Made by a program: the position numbers and the translations under genes
Source: Rozella allomycis CSF55
Lineage: Eukaryota
Length of the DNA stretch: 58,027 nucleotides
Assembly: GCA_000442015.1 (NCBI GenBank)
Contig: KE561064.1
Location: 1 to 58,027, forward strand
Direction of reading: 5' to 3'
Part shown: piece after piece, positions 10,167-22,745 of the stretch
Numbering within the stretch: the first letter of the stretch is position 1
Layout of the letters: the number at the start of each line of letters is the position of its first letter
The notes under the pieces: model-generated
Told to the model about the DNA's origin: nothing
Database searches by the model: none
The model's input: the letters and a program-made list of their open reading frames with translations, nothing else

Positions 10167-11278
10167 TTATTGACATTCACGCAAGCGATAAATTATTTGT
10201 TTCCCATTGAGCATTGAGAATGAATTGTCAAACTCAAAAGTAAATTTGCTTTCATCATTAGATTTCAATGTGATAGAACCAAATTCTCTTCTTTCATTTG
10301 TATTGCCATCAGTTTTAATTATGATGTCTCCTTCGATAACACAAAAGTCTAGAATTGCTGCTTTCCCTTCAAAGTTTTCGGAAACAGACAAACTTGATCT
10401 TGGAGATACATCTGCTGTTTTAATTGAACCCTCTCCTTTTTCAAATCCACCATATTGAATGGGGACTTGTGTCACATCAATCACGTCTAACAAAGCCTTC
10501 CTAGCCTTAGTATAGCTTGCCATTAAAAACTTGGATTGTGTTCTCTTGGACGTAAACCCAGCCATTAAATTATACAAAACATCCATAATGGAAGGGACAT
10601 TAATAAACATCTTCTTTTGCAGCATTTCAGGATAATTATCCTGGAAAAGAGTTATAATTTCTTTTGTGATGGCTTTCATTCTTTTGTCCATGCGAAACAT
10701 GCTTGCACCAGCATAATCATGCACCTCTAAAATAGAATTTAATATACTTACCTGCGTAATAGTGTCGATTCCATTTTCAAAGTCTAACAATTGAATCGCT
10801 CTTTCCATCAGCTGCACTCTCCATCTCAAAAACATGGTGGTATCTTCATTCTTAAAAACCTTGTCTGGATCCATCTTTCCATAAACATTATATGTTATAG
10901 GTCTGCTATTCTTGTCAAACCCATATGTAAAGCCAAGTGAGCTGATTTCATCATCAAAAGTTTCTTGAATAATTTCATTGACCCTAAACTGTTTTCGCCA
11001 CTGCTTTAAATCAAGGTGATCATTTACCTTCAATGCATTAATGAACATCGTTACGGCATCGTTAACGACTCTATTTCTAGCCACCAAAAACTTTTCAATT
11101 ATACATATCTGAGCTCTATTTGGCTGACTGAGGTCATTAAACTCTACATTCCACATGTTTAGCTAAATCTACAGTTTCAATATTTTACTTCTGAATTCTC
11201 AAGGCCTTCCTTTGCATTATCATTAAAAACTTTAATAAATTCTGATACTTGAGGGCTGGAATATTGATCGGATGTCAT
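10167..11278 (-). CDS. CRAL-TRIO/Sec14 lipid transfer protein (Sfh5/patellin-like) with C-terminal GOLD-like domain
   Basis: KFLVAR, FLRWRVQLMERAI, HDYAG, FQDNYPEML..KMFINVP, VPIQYGG; C-terminal FEFDNSFS..GKQIIYR. Two short introns are inferred. Confidence 0.88.
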
Positions 11279-11620
11279 GTGCTAGTCTGCGCCACAGATG
11301 AAAGGGATTGGAAATAATTTCAATTTTTAAAAGCTACATAGTGAATGCAAATTTTTATTGTCTTAAAGCAATGAATTTTGACTTGTAAATTACTGGTTGC
11401 CGGAATTCCACCGAAATTTCCTATTTCCTGCAAGTCAATGGACAGTAGCTATTCTTCTATCTTAAAAGCTACAGCTACAGCATCTGTAATGCAGTTGATG
11501 GTTATGAGTGGCTCTTCGTATTTATTTACTTCAGTATTTTCACTATCAGATATTAATTAGTATTTCTTCAAATCCAATTTAAGGCAATATGAAGAAAATG
11601 TTGAAAATATAATAAAGAAG

Positions 11621-11953
11621 TTGGCATCGTCCTTGGATTCTTGTCAACTCCTTGAATCAATCAACAAAGGACTACATGTTGGAGTAGACCGGATCATAGC
11701 GGATATGGCAGAAATAAACCAACAACTTCTTTCTTTTCAAAATTGCATGAAAAATCCAATTTCCAAAGCAAGACTAAGAAGAAATAAGGTGTGTGACGTA
11801 TCAAACCATGTTACGGATTGCAAGGCGGCGCTAGGTGGACAGTTGGCGAGTACTTCTGAATCAAAAATATCTCTTTCAGAAGATATTCAAATTATGAAAA
11901 GCGAAATAAGGAAACTTAAGGGAATGATAATAGTAGCCAAAATAAACACCTGA
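11621..11953 (+). CDS. Hypothetical protein exon, possibly coiled-coil; gene structure unresolved
   Basis: 110-aa open frame without recognisable motifs and with no clear ATG start. Confidence 0.3.
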   Translation: MASSLDSCQLLESINKGLHVGVDRIIADMAEINQQLLSFQNCMKNPISKARLRRNKVCDVSNHVTDCKAALGGQLASTSESKISLSEDIQIMKSEIRKLKGMIIVAKINT

Positions 11954-12173
11954 TATTTAATAATGATTCGTTAGTCAGGCCTCTAAACACCTATGAATCT
12001 ATAAACTTAGCTTTATCAAAAACAATCACATCTAATGTAACTAATAATCAACAGATCATAAATTAAAATTTTAACTAAAGTCGAATACAATACTATCGCT
12101 GATTACAATAACAATATAAATTCTAAAAATAGAATATCATCTTATAAATATCAGCCACCGAGAGTTCGGACCC

Positions 12174-12923
12174 ATGTTTAAAAGTTATCTCGCCCTTTTA
12201 GCACTAAGCTGTATAAGATCCAACCCAGTGGCTCCAAATGATTCTGTAGAGTTTCGCATATCAGAAAACTTCGATTTGAAATCTAGTGATGGTTTCGCCG
12301 TGTTTGGTGACAAGGCTAAATTTCTCGTGACTGTTAAAGACTCTGAGATCAAAGATTATGAGTTTTCTTATAAGGGCAAAGATGTCAAGTTGATTGCAAA
12401 AGACAATGTTCTAGGTGAATTTGATGGCGATATCACAATGGACCCGGATTTTAAACTGGAAACTAAGCTGGAATACAAGCATAAAGAAAAAGGAACTGGA
12501 TCTGTTATTCTAGTTGATAATGTGCATACGTTGCTCAGTCTCAAATCGGCATATAGTTCACAGAAGCTCGAAGGTGGTATTTGGAAGATTGATTTTGTAG
12601 CTGATTGCAAACAAAGAAAAGAAATTTTAGGAAATTGGTTGATTGAAAACAGCGTCATAGCGGAAAACAAGAACTATTGCGATGGATTGAAACATGAATA
12701 CAAAGTAGAAAATGATACACCTCTTCTAGGTCTCTCTTTTCAACATGGAAATCATAAAGAAATGGTGGAGTCCTCTGTTGATGTTTCAGGATTGTTCAGT
12801 GGTCTTAAAAAGATTTTGATTATGTCTGTGGTTGCACTAGTATTGATTATTGCCCTTTTCTGGGCTTGTTGTTGTAAAGGAGCATGTGGTATTTTTTCAT
12901 TGTGCAAGAGAAGGAAGATATAA
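12174..12923 (+). CDS. Type I membrane protein with Cys-rich cytosolic tail, paralog 2
   Basis: Aligns end to end with 5500..6231, with a 6-aa insertion around MDPDFK and the same upstream sequence. Confidence 0.85.
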   Translation: MFKSYLALLALSCIRSNPVAPNDSVEFRISENFDLKSSDGFAVFGDKAKFLVTVKDSEIKDYEFSYKGKDVKLIAKDNVLGEFDGDITMDPDFKLETKLEYKHKEKGTGSVILVDNVHTLLSLKSAYSSQKLEGGIWKIDFVADCKQRKEILGNWLIENSVIAENKNYCDGLKHEYKVENDTPLLGLSFQHGNHKEMVESSVDVSGLFSGLKKILIMSVVALVLIIALFWACCCKGACGIFSLCKRRKI

Positions 12924-13139
12924 ATAAACCATGAAATATTAAAATTTATTATCAATTTCTTATGCTGATGATTTGAAGATATCTGACTTACTATTTACTA
13001 ACTGACTTTTACACTCAAATATAACTAATAATTGTTGAACTTCGTGGGCTCTCTCGGAAAGTGAAACCAAACAAAAACTGGCTCCCCAAAGGTGAAATAA
13101 GTTGTGAAAAAAGGATAATATATTTGATTTCTCGTCATT

Positions 13140-14144
13140 TTATTTAGGAAGTAATAATTGCTGACTTCTCTCCCTATTCTTCAACCATGTGTAGTAAGAT
13201 GAACCAAGGAGAATAAAGATTATTCCGGCAACTCTGTAAGATGTTACAATTTCTCCAAGTAGATGGGCGGCCAAAATTGTTTGGAGTACACCCCTAACTG
13301 CTGATGATATCATGTGAGTTACAGGACTTTTGAAAGATAATAATTAAGTTTTACCTAGTTATTTGTATTTGTAAGAATCCTGCTACATTAATGAGAAACC
13401 CACTTATTCCCTTTAAAAGAATATAAAACCTGTTACCGTGATTATTGCACTTCTCAAAAATGCCGACCTCCCGAATAGAGTAAAATATGCACCAGCGTCA
13501 GGTCTTTCAAAAAGAACAAAGGGAATTAGACCAAACGCAGAAAAAACATTGTTATAATATACCATGTCAAACATTCCGTTTTCGGTTATAGCAAATGATT
13601 TCTTGATTACCACTGCGTGAAGAGCGGTAGTAAATGAAGAAAGACATCCAAACACTATGCCTTTAGTAGATATATTAATTTCCTTTTCAGCGAAAACTCC
13701 AACAAGAAATCCAAGAAATACAATGCCACAAGATGACAAGATTGCTATAGACGGTCGCGTCTTCAAATACATCCATGACAAGGAAACGGTTATAGGAAGC
13801 ACTAAAGATCGTGCTACTTGATACAAAGATGCATCCAAGTAATTCAAACAATACGTATTCATAACTAATCCAAAAATATTTACAAGAATCATCATTGAAA
13901 GTTTTTTGAGAATATTGATATTGATTTCGGGAAGTTCAATAAAGTTGAAAATTGATAAAATGTGAAGAATGATGACAGCGATGACAAGTTGAGCAAAGAG
14001 AAAGGTAATGGGTATAGGGAGTGAATTTAAAGCCTGTTTGTTCAGCAAGACTGTCGTAATCGAAGCGAATACATAAAAAGACACTGCAAATATCACTTTG
14101 ATGGGTGAATGTGAGATATCAGTGTTTTTGACCTTGTCGCTCAT
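13140..14144 (-). CDS. Nucleotide-sugar transporter (SLC35C1/GDP-fucose transporter-like, TPT family)
   Basis: TVLLNK, CLNYLDASLYQVARSL, YYNN, and a later exon SPVTHMISSAVRGVLQT. Multiple TM segments; TAA at 13140-13142. Confidence 0.88.
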
Positions 14145-14174
14145 ATCAGGTGCTACGCCACATTGAAACTTAAT

Positions 14175-15270
14175 TTATTTGTTAAATTTAGCATAGCACC
14201 GCTCGTAATCTTCAACGTCAAGTTTGCTGCCTAACACAATGGGAGACCTAGCATGAATATCATCAGGAACTATATCAAGAATGCGATCCCTTCCTGTTGA
14301 TGCCTTCCCACCCGCCTGTTCAAGGATCATCGCCATTGGAAAGCATTCATATAGCAATCTAAGTTTACCATTCTTAGATTTATTATCAGCAGGATATGCG
14401 AAAACACCTCCGTATAACAAAGTTCTGCGGACGTCCGCAACCATGGATCCAATGTACCTTGCTGAATACGGCTTTCCGTCGGCAGGAAATTTAAGTGAAT
14501 TAAAATATTCTTTTGTAGGTTCATCCCAAAATAAGGAGTTTCCTTCATTGACAGAATAAATTTTGTGCCTCTCCGGAATTTTTATCTACCTGTCACATTA
14601 ATTTTGTCCTTACTGAAGGATGAGTAAGAATAAACTCTCCAAGATTCTAATTAATTAGGAAAATATTTTCATACTGGATCCAATGTGTATCCATTTACTC
14701 CGTTGCCAGTAGTCAAAACCAATGTCGTGGAGCTACCGTACATAGCGTAACCAGCTGCAACCATTTCTTTTCCTGCCTTTAATACATCACGCTTAGAAGC
14801 ATTTGCAGGATCGCTAACATGGTATATACCAAAAATTGTGCCGATAGAAACACCAGCATCAATATTTGAACTTCCATCAAGGGGGTCAAAGACTACGGCG
14901 TATTTTCCAGTTCCCAGCCCCTTACTGTCAACTATGATTTCATTTTCGTTCTCTTCTGATACAAGAACAGAAACTCTTCCAGAAGATTTTAAAGAGTTAA
15001 TAAATGTATCGTTTGCCAATACATCAAGCTTTTTTACATCTTCTCCTTGTACATTAGTTTTTCCAGCTAGACCAGTTCTTGATTATTATTGGTAGAACTT
15101 TATTACAGGTTCGCTAATCCTGATCTTCTAACCTGTGAGGCAACAAACTTGCAGCCTAGTTGAATGGAGGTCAGAAGTAGCGTAAGGTCACCTCTAGCAT
15201 TAGAATGTCTTGTTTGGTCATGTAAAACGTGCCTTGATAGAGTAATCAAATTGGTTTCTATATTGTCCAT
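14175..15270 (-). CDS. FBP1: Fructose-1,6-bisphosphatase
   Basis: [42 protein letters not shown] and [13 protein letters not shown] motifs. Several tiny introns. Confidence 0.97.
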
Positions 15271-15325
15271 CTTGTGGCTTTGCAAATGTATTATCAAAAA
15301 TCCAAAATGACTTTTATTAATGAGT

Positions 15326-17298
15326 TTAAATTTGAATGTTATTTTTACGAACATAATTAAGGAATTGACCTGGTAATTCTGCCAAGACACATTGCGCTAG
15401 CATCTCCTTATTTTTCATGTCGCGCAACGGAACGAACTGAATATGTTTCGAAGAAAATACGTTACTTGCACTATGTCTGCAGAAGCGTTAATACCGTTCC
15501 AACATAATGCTCCACCATCTCCATCAAGAACTTCCATGCTAGAAAAATCTGCATTTCCAACTCCGACGATGATAATGGATAACGGAAGCACGCAAGCTTC
15601 CTGGATGATAACTTGCTTTGTAGATTCCAAATCAGTTATTTCTCCATCTGTGATTATCAAAAGAACAGAGTAGACTTTCGCTTTCTCATTAGCATTTTTC
15701 CGTGCTATGTTGCAAAATTTTCTAATCATTGGTTCAAAGTTGGTAGGACCCCAAAGTGTTACATATGAAAGTGCGGTTTTATAGGCTTGCAATACACCTT
15801 CGGTGCCGAATACGAATTCCTTTCATAAAAGCCAAATGTTTGTTACATTGTTTGGATCTAAAGTGCAATTGAAGTCAAATAACACTTGCTCGTTTGGAAA
15901 CTTTGCACCAAAACCGTAAACAGGGAACATTTGATCCCTGTCGTAATTTGAAATTATTTCACCGACGGCAGTAATTGCACGAGCATAGTCATTTTCAAAG
16001 TTGCCATAAATGTAATGTAGTGAATTTGGCGCATTAGGAGGGCTTTAAACTGAAATTATTTGCATTATTTTACCCATTAGATGCAGTGAAGTCAATCGCG
16101 TAGGCCGTACTAATTTCCCAGCCGCTTCTTAAATAATCCACAAACCTTGAATAAAATTTGTGTGAAAAATTACGAATGTAGTGTAAACATTTCAAAACGT
16201 AAGCATTTTATGATCCCTGAATTTTGATAGCCCGGTGTGCTCTTATACTGGTCATTTATGAGTGCAAACGTCTTGGGAATATTAGAAAAATCATTAATTG
16301 TAAACAATATTCTGATCAATAATGATTATTACCTCAAATGATCCAACAGGCGTGTTCTTGCCATTTGATTTGAATTTGAATAATTCAAACCGAAGCGGAG
16401 TAGATCTAATTCCTTGACAGAGTCTGGAAAATGTTATGTCAACTTTCTTGATTGTATTTTTTCAAATTGTATTACTTTCCATTTGGGGTTCCTTTCAGGG
16501 TTTTTCACAATCTCGCTTTCATAGGAAATGATTCTATCATTTGGATTATCAGGTTTTGATCTTGTAATTTTGTAAAAGAATTCTGGGTAATGTATTCAGA
16601 TCTTTTACTATCAGAGGAAAACAAGGACGAAAAGAATGAGACAGGTTTTCCCTTGGTGGTCAATTCAGATCCAGAAAATTCCATTCCAATTTGAATTTAA
16701 TGTAGCCATTTACTGAATGAATGTATTAAAATCCTTTTGCTCCTCGTATTTAACAATCAAATCTCCACTTTGACCTCTTCTGTGGCTTTAATTGGACATC
16801 GATGATCTTACCGAATCGGAGCTTGAAATTTTGAGTCTGGAGATGTCATTAATTGTGACATTTTGCATTCCTAAAACCTTAAACGATTTTTTGTACTATC
16901 GTTCCAATCAAATCGTGTTTTGACAAATTGCGCAGATCATCATCATCCTTGTCATATACTTCAAAACGAAGGATTTGAATTGATTCAAAGTAATAATTCA
17001 CACAAATAGTGGTGGAAAACACGGGGTTTGAATCATTCCTACAATGTTGATGTAGATATCATATCGTACATTTTTACTTCTGTCATTCCCACCATTTTAA
17101 ACGTTGGTGAGGCAATACTCGGATGTTTTTCCATGATGTATACGACGATGAAGGGATCACTCGGACGGTGCTTTAGTTATTGATTTACCTTGGATAAAAT
17201 GTCTAGCTTGGGGATGTTTCTGTTCAATTGTATATTTATGATTACTGGCATTCAAGATGTAAGTCTATAATGGCAGCGGGTCCATAGTTTTGGTCCAT
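15326..17298 (-). CDS. Copine (C2-C2-vWA)
   Basis: AIDFTASNG, FPVYGFGAK, LWGPTNFEP, LLIITDGEITD, LPLSIIIVGVG and DIVQFVP motifs. Upstream exons read as C2 domains; many micro-introns. Confidence 0.92.
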
Positions 17299-17354
17299 CT
17301 TTGATTCGTAAATTTCGCAAAACAAAATGTAGAAGGAATGTTACGTGATTTTTA

Positions 17355-19282
17355 TTACAAATACTTTTGTATATTTGCAAACAAAACTTTTTGACTGTCT
17401 CTTTCTAAGAATTTTTTGAAGTTATCATGCGAGGGTGTTGATCTCTTGGCTATAGCTACAAGCACAGGCAACCAGCGGGGGTAACGCTTTTACAATCAAA
17501 ATATTTATTTACTTCAATTACAATATTTTCATTACTGATGGAGTTCCATATATCAACTACACTATTTACAGTAATAGAATGGGCAAGCCCTAGTAGGAAT
17601 AACTTTTCATGTGAAACAACTATTTGTGATGCGAGCGCTGGATTTCTTTTTGACAGGAATAATAGAAAATTGAAAAAATTTGGTCTCCATTGCATTACTT
17701 GTTCTTCAACCTTATTTATCTAAAACTGAAAAACATGTACAATATCGCCAACGAATTGTTCTACATCTCCTTGAGCATACAAGAAATTATAGAAATTATA
17801 TTCGAGATTTAATGTGCGTTTAATGTCTAGAAAATCCAGTGGCACTGATATTGATCCCGTTGTACTCAAATCAGATTCAATGAAGCTCTCCAGAAAAAAG
17901 CGTGGGTTTTTGGTTCGTATATCAAATGACATTGCAATTGATAGTTTTACTTTAATTAATCAGGGTAAATTTTACTAACTTTGCTGATTCTTGCATTCAG
18001 TACGTACGTCATAAACTTTCCTTTGTCTATAAGCAGGCCTTCTACCCCCTTAAGTAAGATCGATATTGCCCAGAGACAGTATTCGGAGTTTTGGAATTCT
18101 TTATCCGTTACTATATAATCTATGAAATGGTAATTAGCATCGTAGGAAACCTCAAAGTCTTTGTGCAACCTTTCAATAAGAAGAATTTTATCTAAATTAT
18201 TTAATGACTGATATTCTAATGCTATCTTGTATTGAATGTCACTTCTTATCATAAACACGAGCCATATTGTCCTCCCAAAATTATTTTTCGTAAACGAGGA
18301 CTATTACGTTCCTAGATTTCCAATTACCATCGCGTTATTTAGGCCTAAAATTTTAACTGAAGATTTAACAATGTTAACAAAACAACACGAGACCTCATAA
18401 AACGTAAAATGATCGTCCGCTGGAGGAGAAACAGTGCTGCTTAAAAGGGAGTTCAAGCATAGGGAACATGAGTCTTCGGATTCCAAACCTGAAAAGATTG
18501 GCAATAGCGTTTCTATGCAAACTTATTAATAGAAACCTTTTCGGTTACTAAAGAAAGCATTTGAAGTAAAATCTGATGTTAAATTTGAACTCAAGATGTA
18601 AACAAGTTCCACCAATGTATCATTATCTCGAGGAATTCTATCAATAAACTACTAAATATGTAGAAAATTGAATTGGTACTTTGGGCTTAAAGCTCTGAAA
18701 AATACGATCGATATTAGCAGACTTTACATCTTCATTCAAGTAGGCAAAAATTGGCTTTTCTATAACCGCATGAGGAAACAGAAGTTTGGTAATCCAATCA
18801 ATTAATCTTTTAGTAATGTCGATGCCTTTTGAATGATTATTTATTTAGCTTTACCATTTGTCGAATCGAGTTTGTTCTTGTCTCTAGATTTTACATCCTT
18901 GTGTGCGTTTTACCTATTTTGTAGCACTGAATGCAAATGCACCAAAAAATTCAATAATTGTTGCTCATCTCCTGCAGCTGCTCCCACTAAAATGTGTTTG
19001 TCCATTCGAAACTCAGATTCCTTCTTTTTGATAATCTTTTCAATTTGCTCCCAATTATTTTTTTTTGCTTGTGAGCTTGTGCCCGAATAGAAGGCAGGCA
19101 TATGGACGTCTTTGGGGAAATAATGAACTAGAATTTGAGCAATCATGTAACCATTGCCAAAGTCTCTGAAAAATTAAGTATATGGAGTGTCATTACCGTT
19201 TTATATTTTTAAATGAGCTTCCCAAATCTAATGATTGGAGCCAAATTATTAAATCGCGAGAAGCAAATGTTGACATGGACAT
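17355..19282 (-). CDS. SPATA4/SPEF1-like calponin-homology (CH_2) flagellar protein with long helical C-terminus
   Basis: SRDLIIWLQSLDL...R|DFGNGYMIAQILVHYFP...KKNNWEQI. The downstream ORF pieces (17456-18504) are on the same strand; the 3' end is approximate. Confidence 0.7.
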
Positions 19283-19404
19283 TGTTGATTAAACAATAAA
19301 TAATAGAAATTCTTGTTTTATATAACAATATAATATTTAAGAAATATCATGCATAGGTATTAATTGTTCGCAGTTGAACCTTCGACTTGCAGTTACTTCG
19401 CCAC

Positions 19405-20709
19405 ATGGATTTCATCATTCAAGATGGATCCCCTTTAGAAAACGCTTTGGGGTTTAAAGAGAATGTCCAAGCTGCAGATTTTAAATTTTTCAAATATTCC
19501 TCACGCTATTCGGAATTCTTGAATGAGTGGTTTAGGATTCTCATAACCACATTAGTAAATTTTTTATTATTCGGAGATAAGTAAGACGAAACGTGCCATG
19601 ATATAATAGTTTAAAAGTTATATATTTGGCTATGTTTGCTCTCTATGTACTTGTCTTTTTATGTCGAAACTTTCTGATCGTTTTGCTTGGTTCTCCTATC
19701 CTTTGGATATGTAGTTTTACATTATTGGCGAGAATACAGTACTGGATCTGCATTTCTACTATTAATTCATTGAATAGGCATTTGTTAATATTACGTCGCT
19801 TTGTTAAAAAGACAGAGAATTTAGATTTCCATTCGTCTTCACGTGCATCGTATGTAAAAAATTGGCTGAAAGATTTTTCTGATTTCGAAATAGAATCTTC
19901 AAAAATTATCAAAGACTTTCACGAATGTTTTATGGATAAAGAGGATTTATCCGAGTTGTTTCATATTTTGAGATTTAACGCGCTAGCCTGTAAAATGGTA
20001 TCAAAATGCTTATTCTCAATTCTATTTTGCAAAACCTTAAATTTGTGGACACAAGGTATTAACTATCAGCTAATTTGAGAAAGGCATGCCCAAAATTGTC
20101 GATTGCGTCTCAAATGAATTCCCCTTGAAAACCAAGTTTAGCCCCGAACGCCAGTTAAAATTACGCCTATTAAATTTAATCGAAGATATTCAAATATCAA
20201 TTAAAATCGGACTTGAAGAAAATGTAGTACATGAAAGGCTGGATTCAGTCCGCGAACAATGCCAGTCGCTAGTGTTGTGCTTGGAGAGTTTAAAAAAGAT
20301 AAAAGAAAAAGAGTATCATCCTGATAAATTGCATTGCATGAAGGAAGGAAGTGAAAAAATTAACGAGTCAAACCTAACAGAGTCTATTGACGAAATCGAT
20401 TCAGAAAATGAAATTCAAATAAAAAGAAATGAATCAAATGACATTGAAGATTTGAATGCTATATTAAAGCCTCCAATACCAGTTTTAGTTTCTCAGAACG
20501 AAGAGCAAATTCATAGACTTGAAACGATACCCAAAGTATATACTTTCATTTAGCTAAATTAGCTAACGAGACAAGAAAGAATTGCTAAAGCAAGAGAAGA
20601 GCGTCAAGAAGAATTGAAAAAGCAAGAATTGTTGAGTCTAAATATGGACATTGTCAGAGAGTTAAAAATGTCTCAATTTTCTAAAATACGAACGCGGTTA
20701 GCAGAGTAA
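19405..20709 (+). CDS. Vezatin-like (myosin-binding) membrane protein
   Basis: N-terminal QDGSPLENAL and FKYS..SEFLNE, a two-TM stretch, and C-terminal LTRQERIAKAREER...IVREL, which resembles fungal vezatin homologues (recalled similarity). Confidence 0.55.
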
Positions 20710-20816
20710 ATAAATAGCAATCTAGAAAAGAAATGATTAATAAATTTATATCAATTAACGAGACGTCGTATTTTTAGAAAGCAAAGTCTCGGAGAAATAT
20801 CTCTACAAGTACAGTA

Positions 20817-21743
20817 ATGCGAACAACATCTTTCTCCATACTTGCGTTATTTTTCTCCAAAGCTCAATTACAGCAAATTGTGTACCCTACAGATGTAATA
20901 AGTGCCCATATGGCATTACCGGCTTCTACTTTCGCTCCTAACGCGAAGGGCCTTTTTAGCAGTTGCTTGACGTTCAATAAGCTAGCCCTGACATTTGATG
21001 ACGGGCCTGATCCGTAAGAAATAGTTATTATTTTAACCAGAACAACTACTCCGCTAATATTAGACTACCTCAAAACCTCAAGTCTCAAGGCCAATTTCAT
21101 GGTTCAAGGCAGTCTAGCCAAGCAATATCCCGACATTGTGAAGAGAATTGTGAATGAAGGTCATTTTATAGCAAGTCACGGATGGAACCACACTAATTAC
21201 ATGACGCTATCCTCAGCCGCCATCATCAGCGACCTCACTGCGGCAAAGCAAGCAATTTCTAGTGCATCAGGTGTAGAAGTTGCGTTTTTCAGGTTCCCAT
21301 ATGACAACTACAATGACACTTTGGTTGATCTCGTAGCCAGCCAGCATTACGCAATAGTGATGCACAACGTAGATTCCCTGGATGATCAGTACTGGAACGC
21401 TGCACAAACAACAACCGAAGTCATGACTGCTGTTGAGAAACTGGGAGTTCTAGGGCCCGTCATTCGAATGCACGACACCGTAATTGAAACTGCGAATACA
21501 CTGCCTGGACTTGTGCCGCAACTGATCGGCAAGGGATACAAGTTTGTTAAAATTGATGAATGCATTGGATTGGCTAACAGCACTGTGACGAATACTTCTT
21601 TATTGCCACCTGCACCAGCGCCTACAACTGCGGCACCAGTGCAACATGAGAGCAACAAGGTTATTACTAATTCGGCGGCATCGTATACGCTTTATGGAAC
21701 GACTATTGCTTTTGCAATGTTCGCGGCATACCTCTTTATGTAA
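20817..21743 (+). CDS. GPI-anchored CE4 chitin deacetylase
   Basis: Signal peptide, LTFDDGP, SHGWNH, FRFPY, IRMHD, a Pro/Thr-rich linker and a hydrophobic C-terminus. Intron 21014-21040. Confidence 0.92.
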
Positions 21744-22011
21744 ATAAACTATTGAAGTGACTACATTATATCATATTTTCCTTTTCATGGAGCAGATGGA
21801 GACGATAAAGACAGATGAAGACTTTGCGGTTTTTAAGGACTCTGAGGTGTAGTAGATTGGACTCGTGACTGTAAGTTTGATGGATGATATTTCTAGTTAT
21901 ATTTCATATGGGCCGACCCCCAGTGCCCCCCTCTGCGCCACAATTTGATTTTTTGAGCTCAAAAGCAAGGACATGAAACTTATTATTAAAAATAGAATCG
22001 TTGTGTTCACT

Positions 22012-22060
22012 GGGTAAAAGTGAAGATCAGGGGAGCCAGGTATGAGCTTATTTTCCCGCC
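22012..22060. mobile_element. Merlin terminal inverted repeat copy, truncated at assembly join N22061
   Basis: GGTAAAAGTGAAGATCAGGGGAGCCAGGTATGAGC matches the copy at 22746. Confidence 0.8.
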
Positions 22061-22061
22061 N

Positions 22062-22745
22062 AAAAATTAAAATTTTATCCTGGTTCTCCATACCTGCCAC
22101 GCATAGCTTTTCACTTTGATTTATTGAGATTGTGTAAATCCATGTATCCTCAAGCTAATTTACCATCTGGGGATGTATAAAGGAACATTTCACTGCCACG
22201 TTGCCCCAAGAGGGCTATAAAAGATCTATGGAAGCGTTAAGACAATATATGTGTTACATGCGAGACGTTGAGCACCTACGACTTGAAGGAATTACTCCTC
22301 CTTATTTAAATTGTCCTGCTTGCATAGTTGATGGAAGATGTATCGTTAAATTTTTTGATGGTAATTTTACTGCGAAGCGTTATTGTGGGGTTGCGACAGG
22401 ACCAATTAATAAACTCTTGATAGATAATGGATATTTTAAAGATGTTGGAGATTTAAGCTTTAATACATCATCAAGTAATGCATCCTGTTCTCATTTCATC
22501 GCTGGAAATAATGTATCCAAAAATAATCCAATATGCGACGTTTCCGGTATCTTTGGCTCAATTTGTTTTCCCGGATTTCCATTTCGTTTTCATAATATTG
22601 AAAGAGGAGAGGGTTTGAAATATGCCATGTCTTTGCTCACGAGTTTGAAGTACGAATTCAAGCAATCTCCAATTGTTGAGAGGCCTCGTTGTTCCCTTTA
22701 AACATGGCATAAAATTTTTACATGTAAGCAAGCGCTATTTGTTTT
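22062..22745 (+). pseudogene. KDZ (Kyakuja-Dileera-Zisupton) transposase fragment
   Basis: CPAC...FDGNFTAKR, CSHFIAG, DVSGIFGSIC..GFP and GEG.KYA fit the KDZ core. It is truncated and abuts a Merlin TIR. Confidence 0.7.
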
